Assembly (NCBI RefSeq): GCF_028641065.1
Contig: NC_073400.1
Span: 8,246,001-8,310,000 of the forward strand
Length of the DNA stretch: 64,000 nt
Reading direction: 5' to 3'
DNA from: Leucoraja erinacea
Taxonomy: Eukaryota
Shown here: piece by piece, positions 1 through 13,015 of the stretch
Layout: each line of letters opens with the position of its first letter
How positions within the stretch are numbered: position 1 is the stretch's first letter
Program-made: the position numbers and the translations under genes
The notes under the pieces: generated by a model
Database searches by the model: none
Told to the model about the DNA's origin: nothing
The model's input: the letters and a program-made list of their open reading frames with translations, nothing else

Positions 1-499
1 GGAAAACTTTTTCTAATTTCTTACCTCGACAGAGATGCGATTTTGTTCCGTATTTTATCTCCGTCCACACTGTGGCCTAACATCGAGGAGTTGGCAGCCT
101 TTGCTGGAGACCGACTTTTGAGAGCTCCACCATGGGTGCCTGCGGAATTACCATCGCAGAGCTCACGATCCCTTTGCCAGGGATCGGAGTTCCAATCGTG
201 GGTGCTTGCAAACTTAACCTCACGGAGCTCGCGGTCTCTGGTCAGAGGCCGACTTCGGGAACTCCCAGCCGCAGGAGCTTCGACCGCCCCGACGTGGGGG
301 TTTCAATCGCCCCGACTCAGGAGCTTCGACCACCAGCTGCGGGAGTTTCGATCGCCCCGACTGCAGATGGTTCGACTTCCCCGACCCCGGGAGAATAAAG
401 AGGTCAAAGATTGGACTGTTTTGCCTTCCATCAGAGTGAGGAATCCGCTGTGGTGGATGTTTATGTTAACTTTTATGTAGTTATGTGTCTTGTCTAATT

Positions 500-2605
500 C
501 CCAGTAGGCAGGAAATGCTGTTGGGTGGACTGAAGCCTGATAAATTCCCAGGGCTAGATGGTCTGCATCCCAGGGTACTTAAGGATGTGGCTCTAGAAAT
601 AGTGGATGCATTGGTGATCATTTTCCAATGTTCAGTAGATTCAGGATCAGTTCCTGTGGATTGGAGGGTAGCTAATGTTATCCCACATTTTAAGAAAGGC
701 GGGAGAGAGAAAACAGGGAATTATAGCACAGTTAGCGTGACATCGGTGGTGGGGAAGATGCTGGAGTCAATTTAAAAAGATGAAATTGCAGCACATTTGG
801 ATAGCAGTAACAGGATCGGTCCGAGTCAGCATGGATTTATGAAGGGGAAATCATGCTTGACTAATCTTCTGGAATTTTTTGAGGATGTAACTAGGAAAAT
901 GGACAAGGGAGAGCCAGTGGATGTAGTGTACCTGGACTTACAGAAAACCTTTGATAAGGTTCCACATAGGAGATTAGTGGGCAAAATTAGAGCACATGGT
1001 ATTGGGGTAGGGTACTGACATGGATAGAAAATTGGTTGGCAGACAGGAAACAAAGAGTAGAGATTAACAGGTCCTTTTTACGAATGGCAGACAGCGACTA
1101 ATGGGGTACCGCAGGGCTTGGTGCTGAGACCGCAGCTATTTACAATATACATTAATGATTTAGATGAGGGGATTAAAAGTGACATTAGCAAATTTGCATA
1201 TGACACAAAGCTGGGTGGTAGTGTGAACTGTGAGAAGGATGCAATGAGGATGCAGGGTGATTTGGATAGGTTGGTTGAGTGGACAGATGCATGGCAAATG
1301 CAGTTTAATGCAGATAAATGTGAGGTTGTCCACTTTGGTGGCAAAACAGTAAGGCAGATTATTAACTGAATGGTGAAGTTAGGAAAAGGGGAAGTACAAC
1401 AAGATCTGGGTGTCCTTGTTCATAAGTCACTGAAAGTAAGCATGCAGGTGAGACCAAGCATAGGCTTGGTGATCGTTTTGCCTAACACCTCCGCTCTGTC
1501 TGCATTAACCAACCTGATCTCCCGGTGGCTCAGCACTTCAACTCCCCCCCCACCATTCTGAATGCAACCTCTCTGTCCTGGGCCTCCTCCATGGCCAGAG
1601 TGAGCACCACCGGAAATTGGAGGAGCAGCACTTCACATTCCGCTTGGGCAGTCTGCACCCTAGCGGCATAAACATTGAATGCTCCAATTTCCAGTAGCCC
1701 TTGCTGTCTCGGCTCTCCCCTTCTCAGCTCTCCCTCAGCCCTCTGGCTCATCCTCTTCCTTTTTCCTTTCTTCTCCCCACCCTACATCAGTCTGAAGAAG
1801 GGATTCGGCCCGAAACGTCGCCTATTTCCTTCGCTCCATAGATGCTGCTGCACCCGCTGAGTTTCTCCAGCATTTTTGTCTACCTTCAATTTTCCAGCAT
1901 TTGTAGTTCCTTCTTAAACAGCATGCATGTACAGCAGAGAAGTGATGAAAGCTAATGGCGTTTTGGCCTTCATAACAAGAGGAGTTGAGTATAGGAGCAA
2001 AGAGGTTGTTCTGCAGTTGTACCAGGGTTCTGGTGAGACATCTGGAGTATTATGTGCAGTTGCCATATGCGAATTATCATACAGCCATACGAAAAAAAAA
2101 AAAGCAACAATAAATCCCTCCAAATTTGAGGAAGGACATTCTTGCTATTAATTCCTGGGATGGTGGGACTGTCTTATGTTGAAAGAATGGAGCAACTGGG
2201 GTTGTGTACATTGGAATTTAGAAGGATGAGAAGAGATCTTATTGAAACATCAAAGATTATTAAGGGATTGGACACGCTAGAGGCAGGAAATGTTCCCGAG
2301 TTGGGGGAGTCCAGAACCGGGGGCCACAGTTTAAGAATAAGGGGTTGGCCATTTAGAACGGAGACAAGGAAAAACGTTTTCACCCAGAGAGTTGTGAATC
2401 TGTGGAATTCTCTGCCTCAGAAGGCATTGGAGGCCAATTCTCTGGATGCTTTCAAAGAGAGAGATAGACCTCTTAAAGATAGCGGAGTCGAGGGATATGG
2501 GGAATAGACAGGAACGGGGTACTGATTGTGGATGATCAGCCATGATCACAGTGAATGGTGGTGCTGGCTCGAAGGGCCGAATGGCCTACTCCTGCACATA
2601 TTGTA
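500..2605 (+). mobile_element. CR1-clade (HER1-like) LINE, 5'-truncated, decayed ORF2 reverse transcriptase plus 3' tail
   Basis: Motifs [78 protein letters not shown] across broken frames. Tail GAAGGGCCGAATGGCCTACTCCTGC. Confidence 0.92.
1450..1919 (+). mobile_element. Penelope-like element 3' fragment (end of GIY-YIG endonuclease plus terminal repeat) nested in CR1
   Basis: Reads GETKHRLGDRFA*HLRSV. Flanked by AGCATGCAGGT (1439-1449) and AGCATGCATGT (1920-1930). Hammerhead-like core at 1792-1819. Confidence 0.85.
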
Positions 2606-3457
2606 AGTTGTTGCTTTTTTTTTCGTATTTAAATTCGCATATCACTATCTTAATTGGTACTTGACAATAAAAGACCTTTGAAACCTTTGAATTTTGATAT
2701 TCCCACGCTGAAAAAAGCCCGACTGCTACAATAATTGTTTACTTCTCTCAGAGAAAACAGTCCAAGTCTGCCCAACATCTCTTACAATACCCTTATCCAG
2801 GGATAAAAGGGTCTCGACCCGAAACGCCTGACCCGCTGAGTTACTCCAGCCTTGTGTCCATCATTCTGCTCAACCTCCTCTGCAACCTTTCCAAAGCCTC
2901 CTTATCTTTCCTGTATTGGGATGACAAGTACTGCACCCAATACACCAAATGCAGCCAAACCAAAGTCTTAAAAAGCTGCATCATGACGTAATGGCTCTTG
3001 TACATTAGTATTCTCCAAACTGATCTCACTAGCCTTCATGTCCTTCTCATTGGTAAAAACAGATGCAAAGTACTAATTTACTAAAAGTGTGATTTCCCAC
3101 AGCTGAACAACTGTATTCCAAGTGGGACAAAGCAAAGTTCTACAAAACATCTTTAGTCAAGATAAAAACTAAATTTCATGAAATCATAAAATGTACTTTA
3201 AAACCAACCAGTTGCCTCACACAATGATCTTTGGATACAGATTAACTTGCCACATCTCTATTCCCTCACCGTTAAATAAATATTTGGCATTTCCTGGATC
3301 TAAAAATCAATATCTCAACCCACACGTTGAATAAAATCTGCCATTATTTTGCTGTTCACTGAATCTGTCAATGTCAATTTTCAATGTTTTGCTTGTTTAC
3401 ATAGAACAGTAACAGGCCTTTCCATCCACGGTGTCTGTGCTGACCATAATAATAATA

Positions 3458-5148
3458 CAGGTGCACAACCTTTTATCCGACGATCCAAATAACGAAAAGC
3501 TCCGAATAGCGACATTTTTTCGGTCCTTGAAGAAAGGTCCTTGAAGACGTTCACCGAGGGCGGCCCGCAGAGGTGACAGCGGAACCTCCGGTCGGTCCTC
3601 GAAGAAAGGGGAACTAAATCCCCATTCATAAAAGAGAAGGTGAGGGTATATTGCGCGGGAGGGTTAATAATTTACAATCTGCTGCTGCCTGCCCGCTGAG
3701 TTAAAAAGTTCCCACGGCAGACTCACGATACACAGTGTATCGTGAGTCTTGCGTGGGAACTTTTTAACTCAGCGGGCAGGCAGCAGCAAATTGTCGCTCC
3801 CTTCAGTTTCACCCCACCTACACCCCTCTGCTTCCCGGCCATATGTGTGACCCCTTCCCTCCCCTCTCCAGCTCCCCGCCCATTGCACCGGCGCGGGGGC
3901 TTTGCACTGCCCTCACGTCGGAGCCAGTGCCAGTCACCGGAGACGTCAGGACCAATGGGACATCGGCCCCCAGGCCCACTGCAAGCACGGAGATCCCAGA
4001 GACCCACAGCCAGCAGCAGCCCAGCCACGTTCCAATTCCAGAGGAACACGCTCCCCGTAGGGACCGAAGCTGATGGTGTGCAAGGTGCGTCTTGGTCTTG
4101 AGGTTGCGGATGAGGGGGCGCAGCTCGGGCTGTGACGTCTCCGGCCACCCCCCTGTACAGGAGCTGAGACTGGGGATCTTATAGCTGAGATCTTTGCTGG
4201 GAACTGTGGGGTTGTTTGCAGTTGCAGAGGGAGGGGGCAAGGGCGGTAAAGTTCCCAGTCTCAGCTCCATTCCAGGGGGGTGGCCGGAGACGTCAGGGCC
4301 AACGGGACACCGACTGCAAGCACGGAGATCCCAGAGACTCACAGCCAGCAGCAACTCTAGCCCAGCCCCGCTCCAACTCCAGAGGAACCCGGGTTGCGGA
4401 TGAGGGGGCGCAGCTCGGGCTGTGGGCGAACTGCCACTTGTCGCTGTAGCGGCGCATCGGGGAGCGGGTTCTTGTTGGTCCTGACGTCTCCGGCCATCCC
4501 CCTGGACAGGAGCTGAGAGACGTCAGGACCACCAGAAGCCGCTCCCCGATGCGCCGCTACAGCGACAAGTGGCAGTTCGCCCACAGCCCGAGCTGCGCCC
4601 CCTCATCGGGACACCGACCCCCAGGCCCACTGCAAGCACGGAGATCCCAGAGACTCACAGCCAGCAGCAACTCTAGCCCAGCCCTGCTCCAACTCGGGTT
4701 GCGGATGAGGGGGCGCAGCTCGGGCTGTGGGCGAACTGCCACTTGTCGCCGTAGCGGCCCATCGGGGAGCGGCTTCCTCTGGAGTTGGAGGGACAGGGAG
4801 ACACAGCGGCGTTTGAGAATGGTGGGCACAGTTCTGCCCACACAGTCAGTACACCTCTCCTACACTTGTCTCCCGCACTAAGATCATCTCGCAGAGAATG
4901 ATCCCAGCCTAACCCTCCCTATCTCTCCTATTCTGCAAGAAAAAACTACATTGAAGACTCAAACTCGCGATCGAGTAACTGCCGGGATCGAGGCGCAAAC
5001 TTGCGACCTTGCGGATATGAGCGAGCACTCTGCCACTGCGCCAGCCGTTAAAATCTACGCTAAAAATCTTCCATTCCGAAAGCCGAAAAATTCTGAATTA
5101 CGAAAAGTGTCCGGTCCCAAGGCTTTCGGATAAAAGGTTGTGCACCTG
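3458..5148. mobile_element. Non-autonomous Tc1/mariner-pogo-type DNA transposon with GC-rich repetitive and palindromic interior
   Basis: Perfect 23-bp TIRs CAGGTGCACAACCTTTTATCCGA (3458-3480) and TCGGATAAAAGGTTGTGCACCTG (5126-5148), TA on both sides, no transposase motif. Confidence 0.88.
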
Positions 5149-8100
5149 TAGTAATAATAATAATAATATCTTTTATTGTCATTGCGCATGAGTGCAACGA
5201 GATTTGGTATGCAGCTTCTATCCGATGTCATAACTTAAATAACTAATAAAATTTAGATTTTATTATGACCATGACGCCAATTTAACCTCCACATCTGCCT
5301 GCAGAAAAGTTGCTATACCACTGTTATAAGGGAGGACAGTGAACACCAGGTAAATGTCAAAAATGACAGAATTATATTGTATTGTAATTATTTATTTGCC
5401 AAGTATGTAAAAACATACAACGAATGAGGTCATTGAGTCTATCAAATCCATGCCATGTCCTGGAGAGCAATCCCTTTTCTTCCTTATGTTCCTACAAATA
5501 ATTCGCTCATACGTACTAATCAACTGCCATTGAAACTTTTTTGCTAATAACCTTCACGCAGGAGCAATTATATGGTCACACTAATAACAAATGATCATCA
5601 CTGGGCCAAAGTGTAGTATGGTATGCCCTTACAACACAATAGGCCATTTTACACCGAGTCATTACCAACTCTGGGTTATCGCAATATTTCAATTCCCTAC
5701 TCAACCCATTCTCAAACTCCCCACTGATTCTTTCACCACTTAACCGCAACAAGGATAAGTTTAACAGGACAAAAGAAACCTATCAAATATCATATCTTAG
5801 GAATACGAGAAAACCAGAGTCCCATGACAGCATCACAGAGAGAATGTTCAAACACCAGACAGTAACAAAGATCAGGATCAAAAGCCAGGTTACTGGAGCA
5901 GTGAAGCATAGGCACAACCTGTGGAGCCATTAGGCTGCCATTCCCCCACAAACATAATCACCAGATAATAATTGGGAGCAGGAGCTTCCATCCACTTCTA
6001 GCATTGTTAGAAGTCCCATGACTATGTCACAGACCATGAACTCCAGTCATTAAATATTCTATGTTGATCAGGCACCAACAGGATCACATAGCAGAGGCAG
6101 TCAACCAAAGAAACACTCTTGAAGTTGCAAGGTTCCTATTAACTGGTTCATCTTCAACCAGTTAATGGGAATCTTGTTACAGTACGAGCAAGTCCTGTTT
6201 ACCTGCACTTTGTCCAGTAGATCAAGATCAGAGCACTAGGATGGAAGTGGAGCAAATACCCTCATATCTGTGAACAATGTTAATTATGGTGATTTGTGAA
6301 GTACCACAATTGATGCTACTGCTTCATGTAACAATCCTCATTCCAATATTTCTGCTCTACAAAGGAAGATCAATACATATCAAAAGCCTTCCTCGAGAAA
6401 TACACTTATGGTAGATGACAAGATTGAACATCAGGATCTGTATAGCAGAAAATGAGACAAAAAAAGTTGCAAAATGAACTGCAATCCGGCAAGATGACCA
6501 AATCTAGAACTATTAATCTTTCAATTTCCGTGGAAGAAGAAAATGAACAAGCGCAATGTTGGCCCCAAAAAATGAATCACAAGTTATTGCATATCAAATT
6601 AAGAAAAATGGCATACGTGTTGAATGATGCACTTATTAAACCAACGCTTACAGTAAAGAAAAGGCAAGTTTGTCAAGAAACCTATATCGAAACCCAGGGA
6701 GACTCAAGAATCTGCCGATGCTGGAATCTTGAGCAAAAAAACCCCAATGAAACCAGGGATAAAGCATGTCAAAAATAATGTAAGCAAAATTAATTAATAT
6801 AATAAAATAATGCAACAAATACCCAGATTACATTAATCGCAAGATTTTGAAAATAAATAATATTTTGGATGCCCTGAAAAAAATCCTTCAACAGTTTTGT
6901 CATCTATTCCAAAACTGTTCCTTCAGATTAGAAATCTGCTTGTCATTCTGTTGTTTAAGCAATGCCTACAGAGAGAATTAGAGACCTGCTGGTCAAACAT
7001 CTGCTGTCAAGGAATTATAAAAAAGAAGCTCGAATAAAGCATGGAGTAACAACACACTTGAAAATGTTTCAACTGATTAGAATCAGCCAACATCGATCGG
7101 TTGATGCATGTCAGGTGATGCCCGACAAACAAAAGTGATATTTTGCGAAATGACGTAAAGGGAGGTGACTTTGGATGTTATTTATATGCATTGCCAGAAG
7201 CCATCTGACTGTCCACCCTAAGAATCTTAGCCAAAATTTCAGCTTGTGGAATTGAAGGCAAATTATTGATCTGGCAAGGTAATTTACAATTGCAGCCAGA
7301 CATTTCAGAGTAAAGTTGTAAACAGTTCCACAATTTAGAGGCCGATAGAAATGTTGAACTCTTGTGCAAATGGCAATTGGTGCAAAATCAATCATTAATA
7401 TTAAAATCTGAGATTAACAAATGCTTGGTAACAAGATAAATTTATTGAAATGGTGAAGAAAGGCAAGTGTACGGATACCACTCACAGATCAGCTATATTT
7501 TCACTGCACAATACAAAGGCTTTCAACACTTTCCCAATCCTATTCCCCTAAAATCACACAACCCCACTTTTCAATTTCTTCCTAAATCAATTTATTTAAG
7601 AATGAGAATTATTCCACCAATTTTTATAGTTAGTATATCTCCCCCCAGACTCCAACTCCACCATCTTTATCGTCAAAACTACACTGGACTATGCTTCCAA
7701 ATTCCCAGGCATTGAAGCTTCATGCAAGTCATCCAACATACATGCTCCTTATGCTTTCAATCATCCCTGCATTTCTTACTCACAGCATAAGCTTTTACTA
7801 GTTAATTAAAAAATAACTTTATGAAAAACACATTTAACTCTCAAATAATACAGTGCAACCCACGTAGGGAGGTTTGAATACAATATGTATACTATTTATT
7901 GAGATTTATTCATAAATCATCCAGAAGGAACACAAACAAAGGAATAATGTTCCAAACAAAACACTACAACTGGTCCCAAGAAAATACCACAAAGCCCCAG
8001 AGGCACTGGGCAGCCTTTTGCTTATACCAGATTGGCCAAATGAATACGTTTCCACCTGCCCATCACTGAATAAATCCATCCTCAGGCAATTGCAGACATG

Positions 8101-8721
8101 AAAGCTAATCCATGGACAGTGGACAAAAACCTTTGCCAAAGTTGGAAATCTGACTGAAGTTTTCTAAATAGATAATGGCACCTGAGCCAATAATCCTGCT
8201 TCAAAATCTGCATATACCATTTTAACACTGTGGATCTGAATGTCTTCTTGACTAAAAATTGATACCATCATTTAAGAGTTTTGGGTAAATAAAATTAAGA
8301 CTACAGCATATATTTACTTAACATGAATTCTCTTTCTTCCGGATAACACCATCAAACAATTTTAGGCTAAGCTAAAAGTCCAATTAAAAAGAAACATAGG
8401 ATCGAATTATAATAGGAACCGTTACATACAGTTCCGAAGTGACACAAGTTATTCCTGAGAACAGCCCATTTTTCATTTCATAAATGTCCATTTTTATTAG
8501 CTACCTATTATTGCTCTGCGCACATTTTCTGTAATTCTTTCATTTAATTGAATATTCATACCAACACTACCCATTATTTACCTCATGAAACACATACTGT
8601 ATCCAGTCATTAATGATCATCACGTAACGTTGAGATAATGAAAGATTATTTAAAAATTCTATGGGAGGATTTGCATTGTCGTATTTACACAAGTTACATC
8701 CTCTGTGACTTGGGGAGCCTT

Positions 8722-10215
8722 TAGAAACATAGAAAATAGGCGCTGGAGTAGGCCATTCGGCCCTTCGAGCCTGCACCGCCATTCAATATGATCATGGCTG
8801 ATCATCCAACTCAGTATCCTGTACCTGCCTTCTCTCCATACCCGCTGATCCCTTTAGCCACAAGGGCCATATCTAACTCCCTCTTAAATATAGCTAATGA
8901 ACTGGCCTCAAGTACCTTCTGTGGCAGAGAATTCCAGAGATTCATCACTCTCTGTGTGAAAAATGTTTTCTCATCTCGGTCCTAAATATTTTCCCCTTTA
9001 TCCTTAAACTGTGACCCCTTGTTCTGGACTTCCCCAACATCGGGAACAATCTTCCTGCATCTAGCCTGTCCAACACTGTAAGAATTTTGTAAGTTTCTAT
9101 AAGATCCCCCCTCAATCTTCTAAATTCTAGCGAGTACACGCCGAATCTATCCAGTCTTTCTTCATATGAAAGTCCTGACATCCCAGGAATCAGTCTGGTG
9201 AACCTTCACTGTACTATCTTCATACCTTCACTAAGGCAAGAATGTCTTTCCTCAGATGTACGCAATACTCCCAGGTGTGGTCTCACTGCAGTAGAACCTC
9301 CCTGCTCCTATACTCAAATCCTTTTGCTATGAATGCTAACATACCATTCGCTTTCTTCACTGCCTGCTGCACCTGCATGCCTACTTTCAATGACCGGTGT
9401 ACCATGACACCCAGGTCTCGTTGTATCTCCCCTTTTCCTAATCAGCCACCATTCAGATAATAGTCTACTTTCCTGTTTTTGCCACCAAAGTGGATAACCT
9501 CACATTTATCCACATTATACTGCATCTACCATGCATTTGCCCACTCACCCAGCCTATCCAAGTCACCTTGCAGCCTCCTCACAGCTAACACTGCCCCCCA
9601 ACTTTGTGTCGTCAGCAAACTTGGAGATGTTGCATTCAATTCCCTCGTCCAAATTATTAATATATATTGTAAATAGCTGGGGTCCCAGCATTGAGCCTTG
9701 CGGTACCCCACTAGTCACTGCCTGCCATTCTGAAAATGACCCGTTTACTCCTACTCTTTGCTTCTTGTTTGCCAGCCAGTCCTCTATCCACATCAATACT
9801 GAACCCCCAATACCGTGTGCTTTAAGTTTGTATACTAATCTCTTATGTGGGACCTTGTCGAAAGCCTTCTGAAAGTCCAGCTCTAACACATCCACTGGTT
9901 CTCCCTTATCCACTCTACTAGTTACATTCTCGAAAAATTCTATAAGATTCGTCAGACATGATTTACCTTTCGTAAATCCATGCTGACTTTGTCCAATGAT
10001 TTCACTACTTTCCAAATGTGCTGCTATCCCATCTTTAATAACTGACTCTAGCAGTTTCCCCACTACCGATGTTAGACTAACTGGTCTGTAATTCTAACGT
10101 TTTCTCCCTCCCTCCCTTTTTAAAAAGTGGGGTTACATTAGCTACCCTCCAATCCTCAGGAACTACTCCAGAATCTAAGCAGTTTTGAAAAATTATCACT
10201 AATGCAGCCACTATT
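8722..10215 (-). mobile_element. CR1-clade (HER1-like) LINE, 5'-truncated RT and 3' tail
   Basis: ORF 9563-10063: [54 protein letters not shown] 8945-9181 gives the C-terminus. Minus-strand tail ends TTTTCTATGTTTCT. Confidence 0.93.
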
Positions 10216-10461
10216 TGTAACACATATTTCAAACAGAACTGTAAAAGCAGCTTCAGATTCTTGTCATAATCCAACTTGGATATTTAATTTATTTCATCTC
10301 AACCCAAGTTGTTCACTCACTCCAAAAATCACTGATGCATTAGAACTGCACTGCATCATCTCCATAATGTATTGTATTGTATTAGTTCAAAAAGTCTTAT
10401 TTAACAGCACCGTCAATTTCCACAAATTTTACCAGGTTGAAGGACAAACACATAGGATCAG

Positions 10462-11220
10462 GTCGGTTGTAAGGCCAGCCTAACACAAGGCAGATACATC
10501 TGGCGACACAACCAGGTGCTGAGGTGTTTGGCAGCTGAACTCGAGTGCAATAGAGTTACCACCAATGCCATGCCTATCAATGCCCAGATAACATTCCCAC
10601 AAATACCATCCTTCATCCGGAAAGGAGAGAAACCGAGAACTAACCGCTCGCCTCTCAACTCACACCCACTGAATGCAGCCAGGGACTGGGAAATGCGTGT
10701 CAGAGGCCAGAGGCTTTCGTTCTCAGTTGAAATCGCAGTTACCAACCTGCGACCAGACCTCGTTCTCTGGTCCAACTCCTGTCGGCGTGTTTTCATCATT
10801 GAGCTGACGGTCCCATGGGAGGAGGCTGTGGACGAGGCTTATGAAAGGAAAAAGCTTTGATATTCAAACCTTGCAGCAGAGGCAGAGGAGAGAGGTTGGA
10901 GTGTAAGGTGTGTCCAGTGGAGGTGGGGTGCAGGGGCTTTGTAGCCAGTTCCACCACAAGGCTCCTGAAGGAAGTAGGAGTCAAAGAGCAGGCACAAAGG
11001 AGGGCAATAAAAGAACTTGCCAATGCCGCCGGAGCAGTCACTATCCGTGGCTGAAGAGGAAAGATGCTGTCTGGGCTGCCACGTGACCATCTAGAGGCTA
11101 ACAATAAGACACACCCAGGTCTGGTCAACCTGCGGTGGGCCTGCCTCGACTGAGGGTGTCGTGTGATAAAAGGCCTAAACACCCAGTGACATTGAGGTAC
11201 ACAACTGAAGATGTGTTTGA
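10462..11220 (+). mobile_element. HERO-clade non-LTR retrotransposon 3' fragment (restriction-like endonuclease domain), pseudogenised
   Basis: GCKASLTQGRYIWRHNQVL, RPDLVLW, IIELTVPWEE, ERKKL*Y, PVEVGCRGF, LKRKDAVWAAT* (stop 11084-11086). This is the RH / PD-(D/E)xK / K-Y RLE signature, with an internal stop and frameshifts. Confidence 0.82.
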
Positions 11221-11405
11221 TTGTTAACAAATTCACCTAGTGGTCATACCCAAGAATGTCAATTGTAGTGAAATCTTAGGGATTGTAACATCCTGGCCTA
11301 CTAATCAACCAAGCAACACCTGCAAGTTCTTTCCAAGATCACTTTGATTCGGAAATATGTCAATCCTCCAATGTTACAATTGAATAAATCCTGGAACTCC
11401 ATCTT

Positions 11406-13015
11406 CAGTGCCCTCCATAATGTTTGGGATTAAGACCCATCATTTATTTATTTGCCTCTGTACTCCACAATTTGAGATTTGTAATAGAAAAAAAAAATCA
11501 CGTAGTTAAAGTGTACATTGTCAGATTTTAATAAAGGCCATTTTTATACATTTGATTTCATCATGTAGAAATTACAGCAATGTTTATACATAATCCCCCA
11601 TTTGAGGGCACCATAATGTTTGGGACACAGCAAATGTCCCAAATAAACAGTGTCGTGTAAATGAAAGTAGTCATGTTCAGTGTTTTGTTGCATATCCTTT
11701 GCATGCAATGACTGCTTGAAGTCCGCAATTCATGGACATCACCAGTTGCTGGGTGTCTTCTCTGGTGATGCTCTGCCAGGCCTGTATTGCAGCCGTCTTT
11801 AGCTTATGCTTGTTTTGGGGCTAGTAGCCTTTAATTTTCTCTTCAGCATATAAAAGGCATGCTCAATTGGGTTCAGATCGGGTGATGACATCTCAAGAAA
11901 AAAACATTTTTTAGTTTTTCAAACTCCTTTGTTGCTTTAGCAGTATGTTTGGGATCATTGTCATGCTGTAGAATGAACCGCCAGCCAATGTCTTGTGGCA
12001 TTTGTTTGAACTTGAACAGATAGGATGTGTCTATACACTTCAGAATTCAATATGCTACTACCTTCAGCAGCCATACATACCAGGCCATAACACCCCCACC
12101 ACTGTTTCACAGATGAGGTGGTATGCTTTGGATCTTGGGCAGTTTCTTCTCTCCTCCATACTTTGCTCTTGCCATCACTCTGATATGTTAATCTTCATCT
12201 CATCTGCCCACAAGACCTTTTTCCAGAACTGTGGTTGCTCTTTTAAGTACTTCTTGGCAAACTGTAACCCGGCCGTCCTATTTTTGCGGCTAACCAGTGG
12301 TTTACATCTTGCAGTGTAGCCTCAGTATTTCTGTTCATGAAGTCTTCTGCGGACAGTGGTCATTGACAAATCCACACCTGACTCCTGAAGAGTGTTTCTG
12401 ATCTGTTGGACAGGTTTTTGGGGATTTTTCTTTATTATAGAGAGAATTCTTCTGTCATCAGCTGTGGAAGTCTTCCTTGGCTTGCCAGTCCCTTTGCGAT
12501 TAGTAAGCTCACCAGTGCTCTCTTTCTTCTTAATGATGTTCCAAATAGTTGATTTTGGGTAAGCCCCTTTGGCTGATGCCTCCAACAGTTTTATTCTTGT
12601 TTCCCAGTCTCATAATGGCTTCTTTGACTTTCATTGGCACAACTTTGGTCCTCATGTTGATACACAGCAATACAAGTGTCCAAAGGTGGTGGAAAGACTG
12701 GAGGAAAGACTAGGTGCTGTGAGCTCTCTAATACCTGCATTAAGGAGGCGATTAAACATACCTGAGCAATTACAAATTACGAAGCCATGTGTCCCAAACA
12801 TTATGGTGCCCTGGAATGGGGGGGGGGGCTATTTATAAACACAGCTGTAATTTCTACATGGTGAAACCAAAATGTATAAAAATGGCCTTAAATAAAATTT
12901 GACAATGTCATCTTTAATCACATGTGATATTTTCTATTACAAATCTCAAATTGTGGAGTACAGAGGCAAATAAATAAACGGTGGGTCTTTGTCCCAAACA
13001 TTATGGAGGTCACTG
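11406..13015 (-). mobile_element. Tc1-like DNA transposon, IR-DR type, defective transposase (~12655 to 11677)
   Basis: Ends CAGTGCCCTCCATAATGTTTGGGA and TCCCAAACATTATGGAGGTCACTG+TA. Long (~230 bp) TIRs with inner CCATAATGTTTGGGAC repeat. Transposase motifs GKPRKTSTADDRRI, TVRRRLHE, KPLVSRKNR, VLWADEMKIN. Confidence 0.92.

Larger units (their letters stand above)
1..2695 (+). mobile_element. Non-autonomous retroposon (SINE-like, internal ~22-bp GC-rich repeats, TGACAATAAA tail) split by a CR1 insertion: pieces 1-~495 and ~2607-2695
   Basis: Colinear with an opposite-strand copy at ~61680-62250. Internal GGAGCTTCGAYCGCCCCGAC-like repeats at ~273-390. The tail AATTGGTACTTGACAATAAA resumes after the LINE. 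Confidence 0.6.

Noticed and set aside
3723-4881. Overlapping 70-180 aa ORFs suggesting a gene or promoter island
   Set aside because: Stop-poor GC-rich repeat interior bounded by TIRs.
5975-6000. Minus-strand KWME similarity to SNRPC
   Set aside because: Four-residue chance match inside the presumed ILRUN intron.
11150-11220. Possible hammerhead in the HERO 3' UTR (CTGAAGA)
   Set aside because: No GAAA core or consistent stems could be built.
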